Source: Pseudomonadota bacterium (GTDB lineage: Bacteria; UBA10199; 2-02-FULL-44-16; JAAZCA01). From it: DNA of 54,717 nt. Shown here in pieces: positions 1-9,214 of the stretch; position 1 is the stretch's first letter, and each line of letters begins with the position of its first letter. The notes under the pieces are model-generated. The model ran no database searches, was not told the origin of the DNA, and saw only the letters and a program-made list of their open reading frames with translations. The DNA lies in NCBI GenBank assembly GCA_016927275.1, contig JAFGMW010000064.1, positions 1-54,717 of the forward strand. The letters are read 5' to 3'. The position numbers and the translations under genes are program-made.

Positions 1-1842
1 GCTGTTCTGAATGAGTTTGCCGGTAGCCGTGTCAAACCGGGTGATAGCATTGTCAGTAGCGCCCGCAGGTCCCACTACATCGCCTGTTCCTGCAGCTGCC
101 CACTGCGGATTTGCGCCGGCGCCCTGCGTCTGGAGAAACTGTCCGCTGGCTCCGGGCACGAGCCTCACGATGCTCGTGCCGTTGTCGTAGAGGATGTCGC
201 CCTGGTTCGAGGCGCCGAGCAAAAAGGTCGTCGCTACAAGGTCATCAAAAGTCCCGTCTCCCGCTGTCACAAGGCCTATATTAACGCCGTCCATCGTCCC
301 GCCGTTTATGTCTGCGGTGGTCACTGTGCCGAGATCGGCCACCGTTCTGCCGGCGTTGGTCCAGTTGCTGCCCATGCTGAACGAGCTGCCGTCGTCAGCC
401 GATATCGAGTCCAGGGCGATGTCGCCGACGTTGATGATATTGAAATCCCCGACGTTGAGGTCCCCCGTCATGGCAACGGTGCCGTCGGCCTTGAAATCCC
501 CCGAGCCCACGTCGGACCAGCCGAGCTGGCCGCCGGCGTTCGTAGTGAGCGCCTGGCCGGCAGTGCCGTCGGCGGCGGGCAGGATCAGAGACCAGCTCGC
601 CCCCACGTCTGCCGCGGACATGAGCGTGGTGGTGAAGGAGTCGCCCGCATCGGCGTCGTGCAGGACGACCCTGCCCGCATAGGCCACCGTGCCCTGGCCT
701 ATCGTCACGTCGCCTCCCTGGACGGCCGTGTCGTTCTGCGAGACGAGGTCGGTGAATGTACCTGTAGATGCGGTGGTTGCGCCTATCGCCGAGTTGTTCA
801 CCGTGCCGCCGCTGATCGTGAGTGCGTCCGCGATGTAGGCGTCGAGTATTGCGGTGCCGTTCCAGACGCCGCTGGCGACCGTGCCCAGGGCGGTGATGTT
901 GCCCTGGACCGCCGCAGGCAGCGCGCTTGCGATCGACGGCACGCCGGCGCCGCTGGTCGCGAGCACCCCGTTGGCCGCGGTCGAAAGCCCTGAGACGGTG
1001 CTTCCCGCCGCCGCATAGTAGGCGAGCTCGTTGATGAGCCCGGGGTTCACTCCGCCGCCGCCTCCGCCGCCGATGTCGTTCCACGTCGTTCCGTCGTTGG
1101 AGTACTGCCACTTGACGGTCGCGTCGTCGAAGCGAAGGCCCGGGTTGTTCGCCGCGCCCTGGTTCGCGTAGATGACGTTGGTTGCCGCAGCCCCGCTGCC
1201 GATGGTGAAGTTGTTGTTCGCGTTGGAGAAGGCGGTGATCTTGTCGGGGGTGACCGATCCCGCGGCGATCTGTGCGCCGCCCACCGCGCCTGTCGCTATG
1301 GCCGCGTTGTCCACGGCGCCGGGCGCGATCTGGCTGGAGATGATCTGGTCGGTCTGCAGGAAGAAGTCGATCGGCTCGTATCCCCTGAAATACTGCGTGT
1401 TCAACGAATAGACCGAGGCGGTTATGCGGATGGGCGGGGTGAGCTCGGCGAAGCCGGAGACGCCGTCGTTGAACCACGACTTGAGGGTGAGGACGCTCGT
1501 GGTGTTGAAGATCGCTGGGTCGATGACCTGCATGCCCGGTATGGATGCGCTGCCGAGCAGGACCTGGAATATCCCCTCGTCCACAGGCACCGCGACCGAG
1601 CCGGTCGGCTCGGCGCCGTCCAAGCTCGTGCCGTCGTTGCTCCAGAGAGAGGTCCCCGCGCCGTCGACGATGACGAGCTTGAACCTGCCCGTGCCCTCGA
1701 AGGGGCGGTCGTCGACGAAGACGCTGCCCTGGTAGGTGAGCACCGGATCCACCGGCGTGGGCGGGGCGGCCCACAGGGTCGCGCTCCAGGCGAGCGCTGC
1801 GGCGAGAATCGATGCGGCAACGGCCGATGTCGTCCTCTTCAT
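1..1842 (-). CDS. Secreted phage-tail-fibre-like adhesin (3' truncated by window edge, at least 614 aa)
   Basis: Hand-translated frame, absent from the ORF track. GGAGG SD, then MKRTTSAVAASILAAALAWSATLWA signal peptide and a LTYQGSV...GIFQVLLG N-terminal domain. Fibre-type motifs: IAPGAVDNAAIATGAVGGAQIAAGSVTPDKI, GGTVNNSAIGATTASTGTF, LPAADGTAGQALTTNAGGQLGW, GDVVGPAGATDNAITRFDTATGKLIQNS. Open through base 1. Confidence 0.8.
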   Translation of the reverse strand, partial: MKRTTSAVAASILAAALAWSATLWAAPPTPVDPVLTYQGSVFVDDRPFEGTGRFKLVIVDGAGTSLWSNDGTSLDGAEPTGSVAVPVDEGIFQVLLGSASIPGMQVIDPAIFNTTSVLTLKSWFNDGVSGFAELTPPIRITASVYSLNTQYFRGYEPIDFFLQTDQIISSQIAPGAVDNAAIATGAVGGAQIAAGSVTPDKITAFSNANNNFTIGSGAAATNVIYANQGAANNPGLRFDDATVKWQYSNDGTTWNDIGGGGGGGVNPGLINELAYYAAAGSTVSGLSTAANGVLATSGAGVPSIASALPAAVQGNITALGTVASGVWNGTAILDAYIADALTISGGTVNNSAIGATTASTGTFTDLVSQNDTAVQGGDVTIGQGTVAYAGRVVLHDADAGDSFTTTLMSAADVGASWSLILPAADGTAGQALTTNAGGQLGWSDVGSGDFKADGTVAMTGDLNVGDFNIINVGDIALDSISADDGSSFSMGSNWTNAGRTVADLGTVTTADINGGTMDGVNIGLVTAGDGTFDDLVATTFLLGASNQGDILYDNGTSIVRLVPGASGQFLQTQGAGANPQWAAAGTGDVVGPAGATDNAITRFDTATGKLIQNS

Positions 1843-1853
1843 GACCACCTCCC

Positions 1854-1870
1854 GGCCCCGCGCGGGGGCC
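1854..1870. other. GC-rich intergenic hairpin
   Basis: GGCCCC-gcgcg-GGGGCC perfect 6-bp stem between the lipoprotein stop and the fibre-gene SD. No U-tract. Confidence 0.4.
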
Positions 1871-1875
1871 AAGTA

Positions 1876-2148
1876 TCACTTCACCTCGTATCTCCCGTCG
1901 GCGCTCGACTGCAGGGTCTCAGCGGTCGGGCTGCCGAGCGTCTGTATAATCTTGTAACGCTCTCCGCCCCTGGAGTAGCTGAAGCCGGAGAGCACGCCAG
2001 CGGAGCGGGCGTCGGAGGGGGGCGGCTCGGGGATGACGATCTCATCGGTCACGGTGATGTCTCCGCCGCACGCGGTGATTGCGGCCAGCGCCGCCAGGGC
2101 TACGACTGCGAAGACGCCCCTCGCTGTTTTCGTGTCCATGCGCCGCAT
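1876..2148 (-). CDS. Small lipoprotein (90 aa), unknown function
   Basis: AGGGAGGG SD before MRRMDTK; hydrophobic stretch ending in lipobox-like ITA-C-GG. This is the 3' part of track ORF 1876..2538. Confidence 0.7.
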   Translation of the reverse strand: MRRMDTKTARGVFAVVALAALAAITACGGDITVTDEIVIPEPPPSDARSAGVLSGFSYSRGGERYKIIQTLGSPTAETLQSSADGRYEVK

Positions 2149-2162
2149 GATGCCCTCCCTCA

Positions 2163-3548
2163 TCAGAGGCCCCCGCCTGCCATCGTGAGCACCTCTGCCC
2201 TGCGCGCCTCGCTCGGCGCCGACACGCTGTCCTCGCCGACGGCGAGCTTGCGGAACTGCGCCTGGCCTCCGGTGCGGGCGAGCTCGCCCTCGATCGCGGC
2301 AGCGAGCGCCTCTGCGCGGCGGCCGGCCAGTCCCCTGTTGTACTGCTTCGTTCCCGTTGTATCGGTCCAGCCGCGGACCTCCACGGCGACCGTGCCTTTG
2401 CCCGCGGCTATGTGCTCCGCTATGGCCTCGACCACGCCGCGGTCCTCGGGGGAGATCGTAGCGTCGTCGAAGTCGAAGTAGACCTCGCAGAGGAACGTGT
2501 AGCGGCCGGGCTCGCCGTCGGCGGCGAGCCTCGTGCACGACGGCGCCTCGTCCAGCGGCCCGATCCTCGCGTGCTCCCTGGGAGCGGGCCTATGCGTGTA
2601 CGCAAGATTCACGAATCCGGCGTAGCGGGGCATGCCGCCGCCGTGGACGAGGCCGACGGAGCCGCCGCCGCCCACGGAGAGGCCGTTTTCGAACTTGTGC
2701 CTTGCGCCCAGCCGCGCCTCTGCGGGCGAGGTGGAGCGGGAGCCGTAGAAGTCGCCGGTCGCGGTCTGGGTCTCGATCTCGGCTATGATCGAGGTGGACT
2801 TTGCCACGCGCAGGTTCGCCGCAGCTGCGATCTTGAGCACGTCGCGGAACGAGAAGTCGCCGATCTGCACCTTCTCCCTGGTCTGGAAGGCCACGTTGGC
2901 CGCCATGGTGAGCCTGTCAGCGGGCTTTATCTCCACGATGAGGCGGGCCTCGCCGGTGACCCCGCTGTCGCCGAGGAAGTGCGACTCCCTGCCCGTGGGC
3001 GCGGTCACCGACGGCATGAAGGCGATGCCGACGGGGTACTCGTCGAGATCGAGGATCCTGAACTTGGCGAAGAGGTTCAAGTCCCCCGCGGAGCCGTACT
3101 CGCGGCCCGAGTAGCGGCCCGCAGCGTCCGACCAGGTGTATCTGTAGGTGTAGAAGAGGGGGATGTCGAAGCCCAGCGAAAACCAGTCCACGAATCCCAG
3201 CGCGCCGTAGAACCACTGGAAGAGGGGCCCGTCCACCCCGTCCTTCGTGGCGACGCTAGTGGTCCTGCCGGTGCGGCGGACGATCTCGGTCACCATGTCG
3301 ATGTTGAGCGGCTCGTCGTAGTAGAGGAGCGAGGTGCCCAGCGTGAAGCCGAGCTGCGGCAGGCTGCGAGACTCCTGCACGAAGAAGTAGTTTCCGAGGT
3401 CAGCGTTGGGACGGACCCTGAGGAAATTGAAGCGGTCGGCCGCCTGCGCCGGCTTCGCGGTGATAAGGCAGAGGGCGAGGATGCAAACGGACAAGGCAGG
3501 CAGGGCGCGCAGCGCCGAAGACCACGGCATCGCAACTGGGTTTTTCAT
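2163..3548 (-). CDS. OmpA-family outer membrane protein (predicted beta-rich N domain plus OmpA-like peptidoglycan-binding C domain)
   Basis: Signal peptide (…PAQA-ADRF), amphipathic beta strands, C-terminal VYFDFDDATI…VRGWTDTTG…YNRGLAGRRAEA. Start could be about 3530. Confidence 0.8.
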   Translation of the reverse strand: MKNPVAMPWSSALRALPALSVCILALCLITAKPAQAADRFNFLRVRPNADLGNYFFVQESRSLPQLGFTLGTSLLYYDEPLNIDMVTEIVRRTGRTTSVATKDGVDGPLFQWFYGALGFVDWFSLGFDIPLFYTYRYTWSDAAGRYSGREYGSAGDLNLFAKFRILDLDEYPVGIAFMPSVTAPTGRESHFLGDSGVTGEARLIVEIKPADRLTMAANVAFQTREKVQIGDFSFRDVLKIAAAANLRVAKSTSIIAEIETQTATGDFYGSRSTSPAEARLGARHKFENGLSVGGGGSVGLVHGGGMPRYAGFVNLAYTHRPAPREHARIGPLDEAPSCTRLAADGEPGRYTFLCEVYFDFDDATISPEDRGVVEAIAEHIAAGKGTVAVEVRGWTDTTGTKQYNRGLAGRRAEALAAAIEGELARTGGQAQFRKLAVGEDSVSAPSEARRAEVLTMAGGGL

Positions 3549-3589
3549 ATGAGCCCGCGCCCCCCTTCACGAACTCTAAGCTCCTACTT

Positions 3590-5233
3590 CTACTGCCTTG
3601 CGCGTATCTCGTCAATCGCCGAGTTCGCCTTTGCGACCACCTGTTCGCTCTTTCCCATGGAGGCCAGCTCGAGCAGCCTGCGGCCGCTATCGGGGCCCCC
3701 GTATCTCCTCAGTATGTCTATGCCCGCAATGACGATCGAGTCGTCCGCCTCGGACATTATGAGCTGCGAGGCCAGCGAGGCCGCCTCGGCGGGGGAGACC
3801 TCACCCATCCTTCTCAGCGCCTCGACCCGCGCCTGCCTGTCCTCGGAGGCGAGGGCCACGGTCTTGAGGAGCCGCAAGACCGGCTCCGCGAAGCGCTCGC
3901 CCTGGAAGCGGCCCACGACCGAGACGATCTCGCGCGCCAGCGCCGCGTCCGGCTCCCTCTGCATGAGTGAGAGCAGGGTGTCGAATGCGCGGTCGCCGCC
4001 CACGCGGCCGATCGAGCGGATCGCGTGGATCTTCTTCAGAGGCTTCATGACCCCGTAGCGCTGCGCGAGCAGGTCGACCGCCGCGTCGCCGCCGCGGGCG
4101 ATGAGCGGCTGCATCATCTGCGGCAGGTGCTCGGCCTGCGTGGACTCGAATACGCGCGCAAAGAGCGCTACCTCGGCGGCGTGGGCGTCGGCATAGCCCC
4201 TGGCGAGCTCGTCGACCGCTGCCTGGTGGACCGCGCGCGGATGGCTTGCGTCCCGAAGGACCGCTATGAGGATGTCGCGCGCCAGCCGCGAGTTGTCCGC
4301 GCCCAGCCCCGCCACGGCCGCGACCCTCATCTCAGGGGCGCTCTCCGGGGCCGAGAGGATGCGGCCGAACTCTAGGGCCGTCTCCTCGGTACCCTTTCTG
4401 CCGAGCGCGCGGGCGGCCTCAGTGCGCAGCTGCGGGTCGGACTCAAGCACGTCGTACAGCATGGGGATCGCGCCGTCGGCTTCGATGGCGCCGAGCGCGG
4501 CCACCGCCTCGCGCCTGGCCTCGGGGTCGCCGGAAGATCTCAGCACCGAGCCGATCTCGGAGAGCGCATCCTCGCCGCCGAGCGCGCCCAGCACCGAGAC
4601 GGCGCCCCTCTTGTAGCCCGCGCCTGCATCTGCGCCCCGCGCGTCCTGTGCGGCGCTTGCCCTCACCGCCTCGCGCGCTGCGCGGTCCTTGAGGGCCTCG
4701 CCCCTTGCGAGAGCGTCCCTGGCCTCGTCTGAGAGCTTCGCGTCGCCGCCCACCGCGTGCCGATAGAGCGCCTGCGCTGCCCTCTCGCCCTTGAACGAGG
4801 CGAGCGCGCGGACGAGCGCCTGCCGCTGCTGCGCGGGCCTCGCCTCATCCAGCATTCGAATTACGGTATCCAGCGCGATCGGCCCCATGCGGGAGAGGTC
4901 GGAGCCGAGATCCGCGATCTCATCGCGGTCCTTTGCGGGATCGAGCGACAGAATCACGCCGAGGGTCGTGTCAACGGCGCCGCGAACGACGCGCTCCTCA
5001 TCGTGGGCTTCCTGCGCCGCTTCCTCCTCGAGCGCCTCCTCTTCACGGGAGTCGAGCCTCGCCTCCAGGTCCGAGACGAAGCGGCGTGCCGCGGCGGAGT
5101 AGGATCTCCGGGCCTGCAAGGTCGATTCGGCGCCGGCCGGCGAGCCTGCCTCGGCCCCTGTCCCGGGCGCGCCTGTGCAGGATGTGAGGACGAGTGCGAG
5201 CGACGCAAACAGCGTGACCAACTGGGAGTTCAT
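3590..5233 (-). CDS. HEAT/PBS-lyase-repeat lipoprotein
   Basis: Lipobox LVLTS-C; repeated R.EAV.ALG.I / LR.EAARALG helical-hairpin units. Confidence 0.75.
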   Translation of the reverse strand: MNSQLVTLFASLALVLTSCTGAPGTGAEAGSPAGAESTLQARRSYSAAARRFVSDLEARLDSREEEALEEEAAQEAHDEERVVRGAVDTTLGVILSLDPAKDRDEIADLGSDLSRMGPIALDTVIRMLDEARPAQQRQALVRALASFKGERAAQALYRHAVGGDAKLSDEARDALARGEALKDRAAREAVRASAAQDARGADAGAGYKRGAVSVLGALGGEDALSEIGSVLRSSGDPEARREAVAALGAIEADGAIPMLYDVLESDPQLRTEAARALGRKGTEETALEFGRILSAPESAPEMRVAAVAGLGADNSRLARDILIAVLRDASHPRAVHQAAVDELARGYADAHAAEVALFARVFESTQAEHLPQMMQPLIARGGDAAVDLLAQRYGVMKPLKKIHAIRSIGRVGGDRAFDTLLSLMQREPDAALAREIVSVVGRFQGERFAEPVLRLLKTVALASEDRQARVEALRRMGEVSPAEAASLASQLIMSEADDSIVIAGIDILRRYGGPDSGRRLLELASMGKSEQVVAKANSAIDEIRARQ

Positions 5234-5428
5234 GACCGCCCCCTGGTGTTATATATATGAAATGAGCTTATCATCATCGCCCGGAACATGGAAGAACAGT
5301 CTGAAAAGATGCCACATGTTCAAGGCCTTCTCAATTGCTTTGATAACTATGTAAAAAAATAATGATAATAAATAGGGGCCGCAACGGACCCTGCGGCAGC
5401 AGGGGTATCAAAAGCGACACGTCCTTAT

Positions 5429-5902
5429 TCAGCGGTGGTGCGCGGTCGAATCGGGCTCGTCGTACAGCTGCTCGTAGGTGCGGCCCCTGCCGGCGGGGCG
5501 GCGTTCTTCCTTGGGCGGCCCCTCTCCGGGGCACCTTTTGCACAGAAGCCTCTTCCTCATGAGGCGGAGGAGGAAGGCGGCGAGCTTGAAGCCGATGTAG
5601 GCGGCGAGCAGGGCCAAAAAGACGTCCCTCGGGTCGGACTTTATGTTGGCCGAGGCCCTGTCTACGGCCGCCGCGACCCCGCCTTTCAGCCCCGCCACGA
5701 ACTCGTCGAAGGGGGCGTCGAGGGCGTAGGCCCTGCCGAAGGCGTAGATCACGCGGAAGTTGTAGAGCATGCCGCGCCACGCGCGCGCGCCTATCTCCCC
5801 GGCGAACATCATGGAGAAGATCGCGGCGAGCAGGGCGAACTCGGAGAATATCTTCTCCGCCGCGAACACGACGGACTTCACGGACAACCTCATCATCTTC
5901 AT
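5429..5902 (-). CDS. Hypothetical membrane protein
   Basis: AGGGAGGG SD before MKMMRLS; two hydrophobic segments; 10 nt downstream of the RND stop. Confidence 0.6.
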   Translation of the reverse strand: MKMMRLSVKSVVFAAEKIFSEFALLAAIFSMMFAGEIGARAWRGMLYNFRVIYAFGRAYALDAPFDEFVAGLKGGVAAAVDRASANIKSDPRDVFLALLAAYIGFKLAAFLLRLMRKRLLCKRCPGEGPPKEERRPAGRGRTYEQLYDEPDSTAHHR

Positions 5903-5912
5903 CGATCCCTCC

Positions 5913-8900
5913 CTAGTCCTCTGCCTGCAGTTCCCCTGTGCCCGCTGCGCGACGGGCACGGCGCGCCCTCACCCATGCGTAAGCGGCACAGGACCATCTC
6001 CAGCCGGCCCTGCCCCAGTCTCGCATCTGCCTTGCGGCGAGAGCGACGTCGGCCCCGGACAGTCCCCTCTCGGCGAGCCCCTGGACCACCACGTATATCA
6101 CCGGCACGATGCCGAGGGTGAGCACGGTCGAGGCGATCACCCCGCCGAACACCGCGGTGCCCAGCGAGTGGCGCGAGGCGGCGCCGGCGCCCGCGGCGAG
6201 CACCAGCGGTATGAAGCCGAAGATCGCGGAGAGCGCGGTCATGAGGATGGGCCTCAGCCTCACGCGTGCCGCCTCGACCGCCGCCTCCACGATCGTGGCG
6301 CCCGCATCGCGCTTGTCCTTGGCGAACTCGATGAGCAGGATCGAGTTCTTGCTGGCGAGCCCGACCAGCATCACCAGGCCTATCTGGCAGTATATGTCGT
6401 TGTACAGGCCGCGCCAGAACTGGGCCCCCAGCGCCCCGAGTATGGCCAGCGGCACCGCCATCATGATCACCAGCGGCAGGGCCCAGCTCTCGTACTGGGC
6501 CGCGAGGAAGAGGAAGACGAAGGCGATGGAGAGCGCGAAGATGAGAGGGGCCAGCCCCGCGGACTTTATCTCCTGCAGCGCCGTTCCTGTCCACTCGAAG
6601 CCGTAGCCGGCCGGGAGGATCCTCTTTGCCAGCCGCTCCATCGCCGCTATCGCCTCGCCGGAGCTGTGTCCGGGCGCCGGCGCCCCGTTGAGCTCGACGC
6701 TGCGGTAGAGGTTGTAGCGCGTGATCGTCTGCGGCCCGGTGATCCTCCTCACGCCGACCAGCGCCGACAGGGGCACGAGATCGCCCGAGGCGGAGCGGAC
6801 GTAGAGCCTGGAGATGTCGCCCACGTCGGCGCGGAAGCGGTCCTTGGCCTGGACGAAGACGCGGTAGACCCTGCCGAACTTGTTGAAGTCGTTCACGTAG
6901 AACGAGCCGAGGTAGGCCTGCAGGGTGTTGAATATGTCGGTGATCGCGATGCCCAGGGTTTTGGCCTTGGTGCGGTCGAGGTCGATGTAGAGCTGCGGGT
7001 AGTCGACCTTGAAGGTCTTGGAGAGGTGCGCGAGCGCCGGGTCATGCCTGGACGCTCCGATCATCTTCTTCGAAAGGTCGTCGAGGGCGCGGATGTCGCC
7101 GCCGCCCCTGTCCTGCAGCTCGAACTGGAAGCCGCCGGTGGTGGAGAGCCCCTCTATCGGGGGCGGGTTGAATGTGAAGGCGAGCATCTCCTCGAGGCCG
7201 AAGAGGTCCATCTGGACCCTCTCCATGACCGCCTCGACGCTCGATCCGGCGCCCCTGCGCTCAGACCACTCCTTGAGCGTCACGATGAAGGTCGTGGCGC
7301 TCGAGTCGAGGGCGCCGTTTATCATGTTGTAGCCCGCGATCGTGAGGACGTCCTCGACCTCTCCCCGGGACCTGACCATCCCCTCTATCCTGTCGCTCGT
7401 CGCCATGGAGCGCGAAAGGGACATGCCCTCCGGCCCCTGCGCTATGATGTAGAAGTAGCCCATGTCCTCGTCGGGCACGAAGGCGGTCGGCACATGCCCG
7501 GCAAGGAACCATGTGATGCCCATCAGCGCGAGGAAGAGGACCAGCACCGCCTTCCACCTGCCGACCAGGCGGCCGACCAGCGTCTGGTACAGGCCGCTGG
7601 AGAGGCCGAACCCCTTGTTGAAGCCGGTGAAGAGAGGGCCCTGCTTCGCGGGCTTGGGCCTGAGCACGATCGCGCAGAGGGCGGGCGCGATGGTGAGCGC
7701 GCAGACCGTGGAGATGCCGACCGCGAACGCGATGGTGAGCGCGAACTGCCTGTAGAGCTGCCCCGATATGCCGGGCATGAAGGCCACCGGCACGAAGACC
7801 GCGAAGAGCACGAGGGTCGTGGCGATGACCGGCCCCACCACCTCGGCCATGCCCTTCATGGCCGCGTCGAGCCCGCGGAGACCCTCCTGCTCGATGAGCC
7901 GCGAGGTGTTCTCCACGACGACGATCGCGTCGTCGACCACCGTGCCTATGGCGAGCACGAGCCCGAAGAGGGTGAGGGTGTTGATCGAGAAGCCGAACGC
8001 CATCATGACGCCGAAGGTGCCGATGAGCGAGACCGGTATGGTGATCGAGGGGATCAGCGTCGACCGCCAGTCCTGAAGGAACACGTAGATCACCGCGATC
8101 ACCAGCAGCACCGCGAGCACGAGCGTGATCACGACCTCCTTGATCGACTCCTTCACGAACATCGTGGTGTCGTAGGGGATCGAGTAGGCGAGCCCCTCGG
8201 GGAAGCGCGCGGAGAGCTCCTCCAGCGTCTGCCTCGCCTGGCGCGATATCGCCACGGCGTTGGCGCCGGCGAGCTGGAACACGCCTATGCCCGCGCAGCT
8301 CTTGCCGTTGAGCTCGAACGACCATTGGTAGTTCTCCGCACCGAGCTCGACGTCGGCCACGTCGCGGATCCTCACGACCGATCCGTCCGCTGCGGTCCGC
8401 ACGACGATGTCCCTGAACTCCTCCACATCCTCGAGGCGGCCCTTCGTGGTTATCGTGTACTGGAACGCGACGCTGTCGGAGCTGGGAGGCTGGCCCAGCC
8501 CGCCCGCGGCCACCTGCACGTTCTGGTCCTGGATCGCCCCCACCACGTCCTGCACCGCGAGGCCCATCCCGGTGAGCCGGTCCGGGTCGAGCCAGAAGCG
8601 CATGGAGTAGGCCCGCTCGCCGAATATGATCACGTCGCCCACGCCCGGGATTCGCTTGAGCACGTCCACCACGTTGATGGAGGCGTAGTTGGAGAGGAAC
8701 AGCTCGTCGTAGCGGTTGTCGGTCGCAAAGAGGGTGGCGATGAGGATGAAGTTGCTGGACTTCTTCTGCGTGGTGACGCCGTACTTGCGCACGTCCTCCG
8801 GGACGCGGGGGAGCGCGATGTTGACGCGGTTCTGCACGTCCACCGCGGCGATGTCCTGGTCGTAGCCCACCTCGAACGTGACCGTGATGTTCGAGGAGCC

Positions 8901-9158
8901 GTCGTTGCCGCTGATCGAGGACATGTAGAGCATGCCGGGGGTGCCGTTGATCTGCTGCTCCAGCGGCTGGGTCACGCTCTTCTCCACGACCTCGGCGCTG
9001 GCGCCCGTGTAGGTGGCCGAGACCTGCACGACCGGCGGCGTGATCTGGGGGAACTGGGCGACCGGCAGGAGCGGTATGCACACCACGCCGGCCAGCACGA
9101 TCACCAGCGAGATCACCGTGGAGAACTTGGGCCTCTTTATGAAAAAATCCACGAACAT
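5913..9158 (-). CDS. RND efflux permease subunit (HAE1/AcrB-like)
   Basis: Start reset to MFVDFFIKRPKFSTVIS. Motifs include LPVAQFPQITPP, GTVVDDAIVVVEN, KNSILLIEFA and RLRPILMT. Confidence 0.95.
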   Translation of the reverse strand: MFVDFFIKRPKFSTVISLVIVLAGVVCIPLLPVAQFPQITPPVVQVSATYTGASAEVVEKSVTQPLEQQINGTPGMLYMSSISGNDGSSNITVTFEVGYDQDIAAVDVQNRVNIALPRVPEDVRKYGVTTQKKSSNFILIATLFATDNRYDELFLSNYASINVVDVLKRIPGVGDVIIFGERAYSMRFWLDPDRLTGMGLAVQDVVGAIQDQNVQVAAGGLGQPPSSDSVAFQYTITTKGRLEDVEEFRDIVVRTAADGSVVRIRDVADVELGAENYQWSFELNGKSCAGIGVFQLAGANAVAISRQARQTLEELSARFPEGLAYSIPYDTTMFVKESIKEVVITLVLAVLLVIAVIYVFLQDWRSTLIPSITIPVSLIGTFGVMMAFGFSINTLTLFGLVLAIGTVVDDAIVVVENTSRLIEQEGLRGLDAAMKGMAEVVGPVIATTLVLFAVFVPVAFMPGISGQLYRQFALTIAFAVGISTVCALTIAPALCAIVLRPKPAKQGPLFTGFNKGFGLSSGLYQTLVGRLVGRWKAVLVLFLALMGITWFLAGHVPTAFVPDEDMGYFYIIAQGPEGMSLSRSMATSDRIEGMVRSRGEVEDVLTIAGYNMINGALDSSATTFIVTLKEWSERRGAGSSVEAVMERVQMDLFGLEEMLAFTFNPPPIEGLSTTGGFQFELQDRGGGDIRALDDLSKKMIGASRHDPALAHLSKTFKVDYPQLYIDLDRTKAKTLGIAITDIFNTLQAYLGSFYVNDFNKFGRVYRVFVQAKDRFRADVGDISRLYVRSASGDLVPLSALVGVRRITGPQTITRYNLYRSVELNGAPAPGHSSGEAIAAMERLAKRILPAGYGFEWTGTALQEIKSAGLAPLIFALSIAFVFLFLAAQYESWALPLVIMMAVPLAILGALGAQFWRGLYNDIYCQIGLVMLVGLASKNSILLIEFAKDKRDAGATIVEAAVEAARVRLRPILMTALSAIFGFIPLVLAAGAGAASRHSLGTAVFGGVIASTVLTLGIVPVIYVVVQGLAERGLSGADVALAARQMRDWGRAGWRWSCAAYAWVRARRARRAAGTGELQAED

Positions 9159-9214
9159 TCGATTCACCTGTCTGTCATTGCGAGGCCATGAAATGGCCGA
9201 TGACGCTCTCGGCG

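Noticed and set aside
1-5233. Prophage at the left edge
   Set aside because: The only phage-like gene has a Sec signal peptide and envelope-protein neighbours; no terminase, capsid, portal, integrase or lysis genes.
5769-9191. 1140-aa plus-strand ORF and many other long antisense or alternate-frame ORFs in the track
   Set aside because: Shadow ORFs of high-GC coding DNA: they lie opposite or over clearly identifiable genes, are Arg/Gly/Pro/His-rich and have no motifs.
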